DNA of 47,837 nt from Flavobacteriales bacterium 32-35-8 (GTDB taxonomy: Bacteria; Bacteroidota; Bacteroidia; Flavobacteriales; Flavobacteriaceae): NCBI GenBank assembly GCA_002280395.1, contig NCDW01000002.1, positions 1 to 47,837 of the forward strand, in the 5' to 3' direction. The translations under genes and the position numbers were made by a program. A model generated the notes under the pieces. It worked only from the letters and a program-made list of their open reading frames with translations, ran no database searches and was not told where the DNA came from. Shown here one piece after another: positions 18,149-28,147 of this stretch. Every line of letters begins with the position of its first letter. The first letter of the stretch is position 1.

Positions 18149-20537
18149 TCTTTCCGCATATCATCCCATCCTGGATATACAAAACAACATGGTATTTGCA
18201 AATAATGGCAATGTACTTTTATGCTACCGGGTGGACCTGCCTGAAATATTTTCATTGTCTGAGTCTGACTTTGAGGATATCCATGGGGCATGGTTCCAAG
18301 GGTTTAAATCCTTGCCAAATGGCACAATCATACATAAACAGGATATCTATCTCAAAACATCCTATAGTGCCAATAACATTCCAAACAACAGCTTTTTGGA
18401 ACGGGCGACCCATGATTATTTTAAGGGCAGGGGCTATCTGGAACACCGGTGTTACCTATTTTTCATACTGCCCTATAACAAAGCATTGAACAATTCAAGG
18501 TATGTCAATCCGTTTAGGCCTATGGGGAAAGGGATCCACAGACAAATGGATCATAAAGTAAGGGAGTTTAGTACCGCTGTGCACGATGCTGTGTCCTTTA
18601 TAAACAATAGCAGGAAGGTGTCCCTCAAGCCATTGAATGAAAACGAGGTCATTAGTTTGACTCGGACATATTTCAATGGATTTAATGAGGGCTTCGATAC
18701 CGATATCCAACTCAAGACATCCAATATCGACATAGGGGATAACCATTTTGATGTATTGGCAATCAATAGTGAACTTTGTTTTGGTGAGGTGGTACAGAGT
18801 AGCAAGACCAATGATAGGTTTACCTCCGATGATTTTGTATTCCATCAAGGATTTATGGATGGTTTAGGGCTAAACCTAAATGAAAACCACATCGTAAACC
18901 AGATCATGTATCTGGATGATAAACACAGATGGCGTAAACTACTAGAGAAGAAAATCGAGGAACTTAATAAAAGCTCCAATTTTGGTACACAGAACAAGGT
19001 CATCCTAAAAAAGATAGAGGATATTGTTGACCGGATCAATGCCGATGATTCCTCCAGGATCATTAGGGGCCATTTCAACATTGTATTTTGGAGCCGGGAT
19101 GTCCAGGAACTATCACGCATCGCGTCCAAGATCAAGGCGGAGTTTAAGGAACTGGACATGGTTCCCTATTATCCCAAAGGTGAGGAGCGGAAACAGTACT
19201 TCCTGAATTCGTATTGCTGTTTTGCTTCCAATTTCTCCAATGAGGACCTGTATGTGACCGATTTGAAACATGCCTTGTGTTTACATATAAACAATACAAA
19301 CTATAAATCGGATCCTCAAGGGATTATATTCAACGATAGGCAGCATAATGTGCCCATCCTTAAGGATGTTTGGGACGAAAAAAAGAAACGCATCAAGGCC
19401 CGGAATTTTGCCATTTTTGCGCCCACTGGGGAAGGAAAGTCCTTTTTGGCGAATAATATCCTGAGGCAGTATTTCGAAAGTGGTGTTCGTTTGGTCATTA
19501 TCGATCTGGGTGGCTCCTATGCCAAATTTGCTAAGCTGTACCCAAAGGATCATATCATCCTGAGGTATGAGCAAGGTAAGAACTTGGGAATCAATCCATT
19601 TTATATTGCCACGGATGCCGATTTGACACCTGAGCGATTGGAGGATCTGACCATGTTCCTATTGGAACTTTTGGCATCCGGAAAGGAAGCCAGTAAAGCT
19701 GAGGAGGTTGCGATGAAAAAGGTTCTGCTGAACTATTACGCAACCATTAGGAACCATCATTCCTTGGAATCATTGTACCAATTCGTGGATGCCAACAAGG
19801 AAACATTGTCCACCAAACTTAACATTAGTGACGCGCATTTCAGTGTCTATAATTTTCTGCATATCCTTTCCGAATATGTTGGCCCTGGATTGTATAGTTT
19901 TCTGTTCAGCATTAGTGAAGACCAAACCTACAAGATCGAGGATAAGAGGCTCATTGTTTTTGAACTTGATGAAGTTAAGGACAATAAGGAAATCCTTTCG
20001 GTCATGTTGAAGCTTATCAAATCGGCCATCCAACGGACCATATGGAGGAACAAGGCGGAAAAGGGCATCATACTGTTTGATGAGTTTGCCAAGCAGTTGA
20101 AATTTGGGAACGTATTGGAAAGTGTTGAATTCTATTATCAGGCCATTAGGAAACAGAACGGTGCCATTGGGATCATCCTACAATCCATTAACCAATTACC
20201 GAACAATGCCACGTCTGCCAGCATTCTGGAAAACACGCAGGTCATCTATAGCCTTCGTAACGAAAAGGGTTATGAGGCATTGAAAAATAGACTGAACCTG
20301 TCCAGCCATGACCTGAACCAGTTAAAATCCATAAGGAACCAATTGTCAGGGATTAGAAAGCACACTGAAATATTCATTAAGATAGGGAAGGACAGCAACA
20401 TCTTTAGGTTGGAGGTCCCCAAGGAAGTATATGCCGCTTATCTTACGGATGGGGCAGAGAACGAGGCCATCATGGCCATTTATGATAAGACACAAAACAT
20501 GGAACTGGCCATAAACGAGTTTATCAAACAGCCTTAG
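18135..20537 (+). CDS. traG: Conjugative transposon ATPase TraG (VirB4 family)
   Basis: 800 aa with Walker A APTGEGKS, IIDLGGSY, Walker B LFDEFAK and IRKQNG. Confidence 0.93.
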   Translation: MKTINLSAYHPILDIQNNMVFANNGNVLLCYRVDLPEIFSLSESDFEDIHGAWFQGFKSLPNGTIIHKQDIYLKTSYSANNIPNNSFLERATHDYFKGRGYLEHRCYLFFILPYNKALNNSRYVNPFRPMGKGIHRQMDHKVREFSTAVHDAVSFINNSRKVSLKPLNENEVISLTRTYFNGFNEGFDTDIQLKTSNIDIGDNHFDVLAINSELCFGEVVQSSKTNDRFTSDDFVFHQGFMDGLGLNLNENHIVNQIMYLDDKHRWRKLLEKKIEELNKSSNFGTQNKVILKKIEDIVDRINADDSSRIIRGHFNIVFWSRDVQELSRIASKIKAEFKELDMVPYYPKGEERKQYFLNSYCCFASNFSNEDLYVTDLKHALCLHINNTNYKSDPQGIIFNDRQHNVPILKDVWDEKKKRIKARNFAIFAPTGEGKSFLANNILRQYFESGVRLVIIDLGGSYAKFAKLYPKDHIILRYEQGKNLGINPFYIATDADLTPERLEDLTMFLLELLASGKEASKAEEVAMKKVLLNYYATIRNHHSLESLYQFVDANKETLSTKLNISDAHFSVYNFLHILSEYVGPGLYSFLFSISEDQTYKIEDKRLIVFELDEVKDNKEILSVMLKLIKSAIQRTIWRNKAEKGIILFDEFAKQLKFGNVLESVEFYYQAIRKQNGAIGIILQSINQLPNNATSASILENTQVIYSLRNEKGYEALKNRLNLSSHDLNQLKSIRNQLSGIRKHTEIFIKIGKDSNIFRLEVPKEVYAAYLTDGAENEAIMAIYDKTQNMELAINEFIKQP

Positions 20538-20571
20538 AAGGCAATAACATTAACCTTTAAAAAGAACACAA

Positions 20572-21162
20572 ATGAAACATGTAATCAAGAAAACAATGGT
20601 AAGTGCCGTATGGCTCTTATTACTGTGTATTTCGGAAAACAACCTACAGGCACAGGGAATGCCGGTATACGATAATACCAATTTTATTAGCCTAGCAAAA
20701 TCCTTGGTGGAATCCGCCAAGCAAACCTCGGAACTTTTAAAGACCGTAGAGTTTTTAAAGCAACAAAAGGAACGGATCGAAATGGTTAGCAACGTCATCA
20801 AGCAATTGAACGCGGTCAGGGAACTGACCCGAAACAATCAGAGGCTTTTTGATATGGTACAGAACGATCTGAAGGAGCTACTTAACTCCCCATATATCAA
20901 ACCAGGGGAAGTCAATAAAATATCCGAATCCTTTAATGCCATCATTGAACAGGCTTTGGAAGATCTGGATTTTGTGAGCCAGCTTTTGGCCAACAATACC
21001 CTCAACATGACCGATGCGGAACGGATCCAATTTTTAAGGGAAAAGGAACTGAAGTCCAAGGAAATGGTTGCGGAAATTGAAGCTAAGACCAGACGTTACA
21101 GAGAGATTATCGCTTTTAGGGAGATGCAGGACAAGATCAATAATAGAACGGGAAATTATTAG
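20572..21162 (+). CDS. Conjugal transfer protein, TraI/DUF4141-like
   Basis: Signal peptide, AQGMPVYD, coiled-coil region and MTDAERI; located after traG. Confidence 0.7.
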   Translation: MKHVIKKTMVSAVWLLLLCISENNLQAQGMPVYDNTNFISLAKSLVESAKQTSELLKTVEFLKQQKERIEMVSNVIKQLNAVRELTRNNQRLFDMVQNDLKELLNSPYIKPGEVNKISESFNAIIEQALEDLDFVSQLLANNTLNMTDAERIQFLREKELKSKEMVAEIEAKTRRYREIIAFREMQDKINNRTGNY

Positions 21163-21164
21163 TT

Positions 21165-21992
21165 ATGTCGATAGGATTGGAATATGTGGATGCGGTCTTT
21201 ACAACGATAAAGAATAGCGATTTTGCCGAGTATACCATTACCGGGATGAAAACCTTGGCAATTTTATTCTTTTTGGTCAATATCCTCAAAAAGTATAATG
21301 AAGGTGTTGCCAATAATGATGGCTATACTTGGGGATTAACGCCCACGGAACTAGCCAAAAATTTTGCGGTAGTCCTATTGGTCATATTCTCCACACAGGT
21401 ACTGAACGTTTTTGATACCATTTTAGTGGCCATCGAGACCCAATACAGGGATACGGCTCCGGCACTCCTCCCGTTACAGATGCAGGATATTGATATGGAA
21501 CAGGATGTGGGTGCCTTGGAAGCCGCCAAAAAGGCCATGGCATTGCTTTATGAAGCCTTGGTGACACCACTTTTCGGATTGAAGGTCATCGCTTTTATAT
21601 TGGGTCTTTTTTTATGGTTGTTGGATATTTTTATCTATCCATTGTTCCTAGCGGAACGCTATTTTCTATTAGGGATCATGCAAGCTTTTTTTCCATTGGT
21701 CATCAGCCTCGCCGTATTTGAAAAGTTTAGGGGACTAGCCTATAATTTCTTTAAGCTATATGCCGGGGTCTATATGTTGGTGCCGGCCTTTTTTCTGGTC
21801 AATGTATTTGTGAACAATCTCTACACGGAAGTGAATACCAATTTTTGGAATACCTTATTTGGAACAGATTGGGGCAGTCAAGTATTTGCCCCTGTGATCC
21901 AATTGGGATCCATAGGCTTCGTTGTGCTCCTAAAATTCAAACTTTATAGAAAGGCGACCTCTTTTACATTAAAACTCTTTTCAGGGGGTTAG
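21165..21992 (+). CDS. Polytopic membrane protein, TraJ/VirB6-like
   Basis: Several TM helices; position between traI-like and traK. Confidence 0.65.
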   Translation: MSIGLEYVDAVFTTIKNSDFAEYTITGMKTLAILFFLVNILKKYNEGVANNDGYTWGLTPTELAKNFAVVLLVIFSTQVLNVFDTILVAIETQYRDTAPALLPLQMQDIDMEQDVGALEAAKKAMALLYEALVTPLFGLKVIAFILGLFLWLLDIFIYPLFLAERYFLLGIMQAFFPLVISLAVFEKFRGLAYNFFKLYAGVYMLVPAFFLVNVFVNNLYTEVNTNFWNTLFGTDWGSQVFAPVIQLGSIGFVVLLKFKLYRKATSFTLKLFSGG

Positions 21993-22049
21993 TAGGGTAT
22001 TTTATGACAGGCTTATAGTGGGATTAAAAATTAATAATGAAATACAAAA

Positions 22050-22676
22050 ATGAAAACAAAAACACCTTACATGAATATTTATAATGTTCTAAAATTGAAC
22101 CGATTTATTGTGCTGACCGTGGTCATTGGAGCGGTTTTAACCTGCGTTGTTTCGGTATGGTCCGTGACCACATTGCATAAAGAAACAATCAATAGTGCCT
22201 TTATGGTGAATACGAAAGGCAGCGTGATTCCATTAAAATTGGTTGACCAAAAGGAAAATCTGGAGGTTGAGTCCCTGTCTCATTTAGAACTGTTCCATAG
22301 CTATTTCTACAATATGGATGCCAGTAACTATGAAAAACATCTCAAAAAGGCACTATGGTTGGGAAACAGCACCATAGATGCCCTTTACAGACAAAAAAAA
22401 GCGGACGGTGTTTATAATCGGTTACTTCAGTATTCCCTCGTTCAAAAAGTAGTCTCCATTAAATCAGTTCTGGACCTTCAAGAGGAACCTTATAAGTTTG
22501 AGACCCTTACCATTTTTGAAGTCAATCGAGGAACGATTACCGATACCTATGAACTAAAGACCTCAGGGAACCTGATACATGTGGATAGACACTTTCCAAA
22601 TAATACCCATGGGCTATTGATCACCAACTTTTTTGAGAATAGCCTACGGAAATTGGAAAACAGTAAAAACGAATAG
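22050..22676 (+). CDS. traK: Conjugal transfer protein TraK (VirB8-like)
   Basis: N-terminal TM, HLELFHSYF and R..PNNTHGLLI..F. Confidence 0.85.
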   Translation: MKTKTPYMNIYNVLKLNRFIVLTVVIGAVLTCVVSVWSVTTLHKETINSAFMVNTKGSVIPLKLVDQKENLEVESLSHLELFHSYFYNMDASNYEKHLKKALWLGNSTIDALYRQKKADGVYNRLLQYSLVQKVVSIKSVLDLQEEPYKFETLTIFEVNRGTITDTYELKTSGNLIHVDRHFPNNTHGLLITNFFENSLRKLENSKNE

Positions 22677-22702
22677 CAACATTGTCAATAATTTTAAATA
22701 CC

Positions 22703-23626
22703 ATGAAAATTGAAAAGAACAAAATCATATTTGCCACAGCACTATTATGTGTTGTGCTCTTTATTGTCGCATATGCTACGCTCATTATGGACAGTAATGA
22801 TGAACCCACTATTGAGAACAATCAAATTCCGTTACCAAAATTGGAGGAGGGACAAAAAACATATGAATCCAAATTAGACGCCCTTAATGAATTAAAGGAT
22901 GTTAAACAGGTCAATGCCCCAAGTATCTATGATGAAAGGTTATTGGATTCCACTGGTGTATATGATCCTGATCTTCTGGACAAGGAAAAGATAAAAATGA
23001 TTGATAGTATCTATAAGGAAGGCAGGATTACCTATTCGGAAAGGATTTCAGAACAAGACTCCCCAAAACCATCAAATGAAATGATACCGATAAAGTTGGA
23101 TTCGATAGAAGCAGAAATGGAAGATATAATCTCCGCCAAGGAACTGGGATTGGAACATCAATTATTTTTTGCTTCAAATCCTAAGGAAATCCCAAATGAT
23201 AACATATTGGAGGATCCATCTATTATGGTTATGGTAGATGGCACACAAACCGTAAAGACCAATTATAGATTGAATATGCGGTTAATGGAAGACACCAATA
23301 TCAATGGTATTCATATACCAAGGAATACACTTATATATGGATTTGTGAGTTTTAGGCCTAACAGGACCATCATAGATATTGAAAACATTACTCATCATCC
23401 AATAAAACTCAAGGCTTATGACCTGCAGGATGGCAATGAGGGCATTTATATAGAAAATAGTTTCAGGGCAGATGCCACCCGTGAGGTTGTTGATGATGTA
23501 CTCCAGGATGTAAACATTGCTGGATTGCCCCAAGTCGGAGGTGTTAAGAAGCTCTTTCAGCGTGACAACCGAACCATTAAAGTGACGGTATTAAACAATT
23601 ATCAATTAATCTTAAAAGCCCAATAA
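22703..23626 (+). CDS. traM: Conjugative transposon protein TraM (VirB10-like)
   Basis: N-terminal TM, VDGTQTV...L.MRL, IPRNTLIYG and AYDLQDGNEGIYI. Confidence 0.85.
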   Translation: MKIEKNKIIFATALLCVVLFIVAYATLIMDSNDEPTIENNQIPLPKLEEGQKTYESKLDALNELKDVKQVNAPSIYDERLLDSTGVYDPDLLDKEKIKMIDSIYKEGRITYSERISEQDSPKPSNEMIPIKLDSIEAEMEDIISAKELGLEHQLFFASNPKEIPNDNILEDPSIMVMVDGTQTVKTNYRLNMRLMEDTNINGIHIPRNTLIYGFVSFRPNRTIIDIENITHHPIKLKAYDLQDGNEGIYIENSFRADATREVVDDVLQDVNIAGLPQVGGVKKLFQRDNRTIKVTVLNNYQLILKAQ

Positions 23627-23648
23627 TGGGTAATAAAAACTTAGAATT

Positions 23649-24458
23649 ATGAAGCCTATTTTTATTTATTTTTTGTTGATTTTATCAATAATGACACATG
23701 CCCAAAGACCTTTGGACACTATTTATGCCAATGATCAAATGAATGTAGCCCTGTTTTTTCCGAAACAAATAAGGCAAGCGATAACAGGTGCCGAAAACTT
23801 CGCATTCACTTACAATAGGGATAACGGACAGTATTTTGGATTGCTACAGGCAAAGCCTGGGAAGGAAAGTAATTTGCTCACAGTGACCAATGATGGCAAG
23901 GTGTATTCATATATTATTAAGTACGCTGAAAAGCTATTGGAACTAAATTATTTTATCAGTGAAAATGAGAGCATCGGTTACGAATTTTCTATGGATTTTG
24001 AACTGGAACCAGTTGCAGGAACGCAAGATGAATATGCGAAGAACGAAACCCATTTTCAGAAAATGGGAGACCATCTGTTGAATTCTAGATATGAAAACTT
24101 GGCAACTAAACGCAAGAAAGGAATCAAAATACAATTGCAAAAAATGGTCTATGATGCTTCTGAAGTGTACTTGGTTTTGCAGGTCCAAAATAGGTCTGGA
24201 ATCGATTTTGAAATTGACTTTCTAAAGGTGTATAGAACCAACGGTAACAAAAATCGCAAAACCTCTTATCAAAGGTTACTACAAAAGGTAATTTACAAAT
24301 ACGAAATGCCCGATGCCGTCCTTAAAGGACAGTTTCAGCGCTTTGTGTTTGTGCTTCCCAAGTTTGTTTTGGGCGACAATGAAAAACTAATGATGGAACT
24401 AAAGGAACAGAAAGGAGGCAGGAAAATTATTCTTGAAAAAGTATTGACACAATTATAA
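23649..24458 (+). CDS. traN: TraN/DUF4138 protein (VirB9-like)
   Basis: LFFPKQIRQAITG, SNLLTVT.DG..YSY, NRSGIDFEID and FVFVLPKF. Confidence 0.8.
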   Translation: MKPIFIYFLLILSIMTHAQRPLDTIYANDQMNVALFFPKQIRQAITGAENFAFTYNRDNGQYFGLLQAKPGKESNLLTVTNDGKVYSYIIKYAEKLLELNYFISENESIGYEFSMDFELEPVAGTQDEYAKNETHFQKMGDHLLNSRYENLATKRKKGIKIQLQKMVYDASEVYLVLQVQNRSGIDFEIDFLKVYRTNGNKNRKTSYQRLLQKVIYKYEMPDAVLKGQFQRFVFVLPKFVLGDNEKLMMELKEQKGGRKIILEKVLTQL

Positions 24459-24589
24459 GAGGAGTATTTCAAATAGATTAATTGATAATTCAATGCATCG
24501 TCAAAGAAGAATTATTAAAAGAGGTCAATTTTATACAATGAAAAATTAAAACAGGGAAATAATAAATAAATCGGCTATTATATTACAAT

Positions 24590-25108
24590 TTATTTATTCT
24601 CGGTTCTAAACCCAATCCGATCCCTGTCCTGCTGTTCAATTTGTACTTTGTCCTTTTATAATAGATAATTCAATGCTTGGTGAATGTCCTTAAATTTGAT
24701 GTTCATTTCCTTTTCAAGTTGGGTAATATGGTCCTTAAGGTTAGTATAATCCGTAAGATGTTGTCGTAACGCTACAAATGCTCTCATATGGATATATTTA
24801 CATCTATGGCTTTGTCACTATTGAGAAACACTGGAAAGCATTGCCACACCTTGTTCTGTGAAGGCGAAAGGAGTAGCGGGACTAAATTTGATATTCTCTG
24901 GAAGGTTATCACAATTTGTGATAACCTCATTCCATTCCTCTTTTGAAAGCTGAAACTTAAAATCTTCAGGAAATCTTTTAAGATTACGTCTAACTGCTTG
25001 CTTAAGCACTCGGGTTTCTACATCGTAAAGTGCTGCAAGGTCAAAATCTAACAATACACGATTTCCTTGAATATTATGGATTTTGGTTTTTATGAGTGAT
25101 AGTTTCAT
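24590..25108 (-). pseudogene. ORF6N-domain DNA-binding protein, disrupted
   Basis: [31 protein letters not shown]...[13 protein letters not shown]. The continuation [13 protein letters not shown] / MRAFVALRQ...IGF lies in other frames and contains an in-frame TAA. Confidence 0.85.
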
Positions 25109-25144
25109 TTTTAAAGTAGTATGTTATATTGATGGACTTTTTGA

Positions 25145-26359
25145 TTAGAAATTGATAACCCTATTTAGAGCTTCATCAGCCTCTTTATGAATAAAATTGG
25201 CTTGGTAATTTATGGTAGTTTTTAAGTCACTATGTCGATATAGTTTTTGTAGCATTAGAGGATGAATGGAGTCCCCGGCAATATTTCCGAAAGAATGTCG
25301 TGCAATATGCATAGTGACTTTCTTGTTGATTCCTGCTTTTTTCATGATGGACTTTAAATTGTCATTCAGCTTTTTCGTGGCAGTTTTTGTTTTGTTGTAT
25401 ATATCTTTAGCGTTCGTAAGATCAGCTTTTCGCATTTCTGGAAAAATAAAATCATCATCACTCGATTTTTCAAATACATACTCCTCTAAAATTTTCGCAA
25501 CCTTATCGGGTATATTTAAGGACAATAATTTGGAATTCTTACCCATTCTATAGTGTAAACGGCCATCGTATATCTGTGACCAGCGCGTAAATAAGACATC
25601 GGAAACACGCATCCCTGCAAAGTAAAAGCTGTAAAGCCATATATTTAAAGAATGTCTTTCCACATCGGAAAGTTTATCAATACTTTCGAGGTTCTTTATT
25701 TCTTGTTGGTTCAGTCCAATCTTGACCGTTTCCGGAAATTTGATTTTAACTTTGCCGATTCCAAAGGGATATAGTTCTTTGCTTATTACCTTATCTTTAA
25801 TTGCGCGATTGAACAACAGACGAATAAGCACCATTACATTCATGGCTGAAGTTTCGGAAAGTGCAGTTGGACCTTTCAGATAAATTTTGAATTTCCTCAA
25901 AAACCGATCGTCAATTTCCTGGAAGGTGAGTTGCCTTGATTTACTAAATTTTACTATATATCCAATCCAAGCAGAATCAGCGGAATGCCGATTAATTTTC
26001 TTTTCAGCCTCCAGGGCTTGAAGATGTTCATCGGCATAATCAAAAAAAGTCAAACTAGAAGTTGGCTTGTATATTTCTGTTTTAATTTGTCTGGCAGATG
26101 CATCTTTGTCCTCGGTTTGAAGTGTAATTAAACCTTTTCGTACCTCAGATAACTTGGTGGACAAAAGGTTGTTCAGGATGTCTGCGTTTGGATGTGATCT
26201 TTTGACTTCAAGTTTTTTTTCGTCCCAATCCTCAATATCGATATAATGACCAACATGCTTGAAAGTGGAACGGCGGTTTTTGGTAATTCTAATGGCAAGC
26301 GGGTAAAGCCCATTGGCATTGGGCTTTTTACGAAGAACTATTTTTGCGCTTGCAGACAT
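25145..26359 (-). CDS. int: Tyrosine site-specific integrase (arm-binding, SAM-like and catalytic domains)
   Basis: YPLAIRITKNR arm domain, AGMRVSDV, HIARHSF, LYRHSDLKTTINY; adjacent to the tRNA fragment. Confidence 0.93.
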   Translation of the reverse strand: MSASAKIVLRKKPNANGLYPLAIRITKNRRSTFKHVGHYIDIEDWDEKKLEVKRSHPNADILNNLLSTKLSEVRKGLITLQTEDKDASARQIKTEIYKPTSSLTFFDYADEHLQALEAEKKINRHSADSAWIGYIVKFSKSRQLTFQEIDDRFLRKFKIYLKGPTALSETSAMNVMVLIRLLFNRAIKDKVISKELYPFGIGKVKIKFPETVKIGLNQQEIKNLESIDKLSDVERHSLNIWLYSFYFAGMRVSDVLFTRWSQIYDGRLHYRMGKNSKLLSLNIPDKVAKILEEYVFEKSSDDDFIFPEMRKADLTNAKDIYNKTKTATKKLNDNLKSIMKKAGINKKVTMHIARHSFGNIAGDSIHPLMLQKLYRHSDLKTTINYQANFIHKEADEALNRVINF

Positions 26360-26391
26360 TGTTGACCTGTTTTCTTGCGAAAGTCAAATCA

Positions 26392-26479
26392 GGTACAACA
26401 TTTTACCAAAAAAACATTTAAAAATCACTATAAAGATAAGTAATTCCTAGAATCTTTGGGTACAACATAGGTACAACAT
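26392..26479 (+). repeat. Three GGTACAACAT direct repeats (likely integrase arm-type sites)
   Basis: Exact 10-mers at 26392, 26459 and 26470, between the int start and the att core. Confidence 0.7.
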
Positions 26480-26576
26480 TTATTGATTTCCATTGGTCTT
26501 TAATGAAATCAAACGATATCAATAAAAATGTAATCAATTGTAAATCAATAGATTTGACTTTATTTGTACAAATATA

Positions 26577-26633
26577 CGCTAGACTTAGGATCTAGTGCCG
26601 CGAGGTGTGGGAGTTCGAGTCTCCCCGCCCGTA
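26577..26633 (+). tRNA. 3' part of tRNA-Leu(TAG), att site of the ICE; not a complete tRNA
   Basis: Anticodon arm CTAGA-CTTAGGA-TCTAG, long variable arm, T arm GGGAG-TTCGAGT-CTCCC and acceptor 3' strand CGCCCGTA. No D arm or 5' acceptor strand upstream. Confidence 0.88.
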
Positions 26634-26641
26634 CTGAATAG

Positions 26642-26670
26642 AAAGCTTCTTGGAAACGAGAGGCTTTTTT
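26642..26670 (+). terminator. Intrinsic terminator of the original tRNA gene
   Basis: AAAGCTTCT-TGGAAACG-AGAGGCTTT followed by a T tract. Confidence 0.65.
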
Positions 26671-26740
26671 AATTTGAAATTATTCCTTGAAATTCAAAGG
26701 TAAGGGGAGATGAGAAGTTTATACTGAGCGTAGCCAAAGT

Positions 26741-26759
26741 GAGTGTCCCCGCCCGTACT
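26741..26759 (+). repeat. Second copy of the tRNA-Leu 3' end
   Basis: GAGTGTCCCCGCCCGTACT versus GAGTCTCCCCGCCCGTACT at 26617-26635 (one mismatch). Confidence 0.75.
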
Positions 26760-26957
26760 TTAAAAAGCTTTTTCCTTTCTGCATCAACAATCCTTGCGTT
26801 TATTTAGACGTGCATCTTGTAAAAATTCACATAATTTTAAGAGGTTTCTAGCTAAAAGAACGTTTATTTGGGTTCTGAAGGGAGAATGGTTAAACTTCTT
26901 TTGTTTGTTTTTAAATTTTATATATTTACGCAAAATCTATTCTGAAATTCATTAAAT

Positions 26958-28127
26958 ATGAAAATCTCTATATCCTTTTTAGGAATTTGTTTGTCATTTT
27001 TAATTTTTGTTGGTTGTTCTTCAACTGAAAAACGAAAAGAAACTCCAATAACTTTACAGGATTTAAAAGAAGCCTACAAGGATGCTTTTTTGATAGGTTC
27101 CGCGCTTAATGTCGAGGTGTCCTCAGGTGTTGATTCCGTTTCGCGAAAAATCATTTTACAACAATTTAATTCTATTACACCAGAGAATGTTATGAAAGCT
27201 GAGGTTATAAATCCGGAACCAGGAGTTTATAATTTTAAAGATGCTGATGATTTTGTGGAATTCGGACAAAAAAACAACATGTTTATTGTGGGTCATACTT
27301 TAATTTGGCATAACCAAACTCCTGCTTGGTTTTTTCAAGATGAAAAAGGAAATCCCAATACGCCAGAAGCTCAAATAGAGCGTTTGCGCCAACATATAGA
27401 AACCGTTGCTGGTAGATATGCGGGCAAAGTACAAGCTTGGGATGTGGTCAATGAAGTTATTGATGATGATGGTTCTTACAGAAGCGAAACAGCTTGGGTT
27501 AAAAGTGTGGGAAATGGTGATGAATTGGTGAAGAATGCATTTAAGTTTGCAAGTGAATATGCTCCAAATACTGAGTTGTATTATAATGACTTTAATGCTT
27601 GGCGACCAGAAAAAAGAGATGGCATCATGCGAATGGTAAGGCTTCTGCAAAAAGAAAATATTAAAATTGATGGTATTGGTATTCAAGGGCATTGGGGACT
27701 TAATTATCCAAAGACAGAATATATTGAAGCGGCCATCGATTCATTTGCTTCTCTTGGCGTCAAAGTGATGATAACCGAATTGGATGTTGATGTGTTACCC
27801 ATAACAAAAGAAGGACAAGTTATTGGTACAGGGTTATTGCATCCCCAATATCAGTTGGAAGAATTCAAAACATTTTTAGATCCCTATAAACACGGATTGC
27901 CAGTCGCGGAAGAAGAGGCATTAGCAAAAAGATATGCCGAATTATTTGAGATTTTTTACAGAAAAAGAGATAAAATCGATAGGGTAACGGTTTGGGGCTT
28001 GCATGATGGCATGTCTTGGAAAAACGATTATCCTCTTTTTGGTAGAACCAACTATCCGTTGCTATATGATAGAAACAAACAACCTAAATTAGCTTTAGAG
28101 GCTATTTTAAATGTTCCCAATAAATAA
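26958..28127 (+). CDS. GH10 endo-1,4-beta-xylanase, lipoprotein
   Basis: Lipobox FVGC, ITPENVMK, GHTLIWHNQ, WDVVNE (acid/base), ITELD (nucleophile). Confidence 0.93.
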   Translation: MKISISFLGICLSFLIFVGCSSTEKRKETPITLQDLKEAYKDAFLIGSALNVEVSSGVDSVSRKIILQQFNSITPENVMKAEVINPEPGVYNFKDADDFVEFGQKNNMFIVGHTLIWHNQTPAWFFQDEKGNPNTPEAQIERLRQHIETVAGRYAGKVQAWDVVNEVIDDDGSYRSETAWVKSVGNGDELVKNAFKFASEYAPNTELYYNDFNAWRPEKRDGIMRMVRLLQKENIKIDGIGIQGHWGLNYPKTEYIEAAIDSFASLGVKVMITELDVDVLPITKEGQVIGTGLLHPQYQLEEFKTFLDPYKHGLPVAEEEALAKRYAELFEIFYRKRDKIDRVTVWGLHDGMSWKNDYPLFGRTNYPLLYDRNKQPKLALEAILNVPNK

Positions 28128-28147
28128 TATTTCAGTTTTACAACATT

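Larger units (their letters stand above)
705..26633. mobile_element. Bacteroidota integrative conjugative element (CTn-like), right part; left end not in the window
   Basis: Contains rteC, an excisionase-like HTH, TraG/I/J/K/M/N-like genes, a tyrosine integrase and a tRNA-Leu 3' fragment at the right boundary. Host metabolic genes follow. Confidence 0.85.

Noticed and set aside
26577-26633. Functional full-length tRNA-Leu
   Set aside because: The D arm and 5' acceptor strand are absent, so it is an att remnant.
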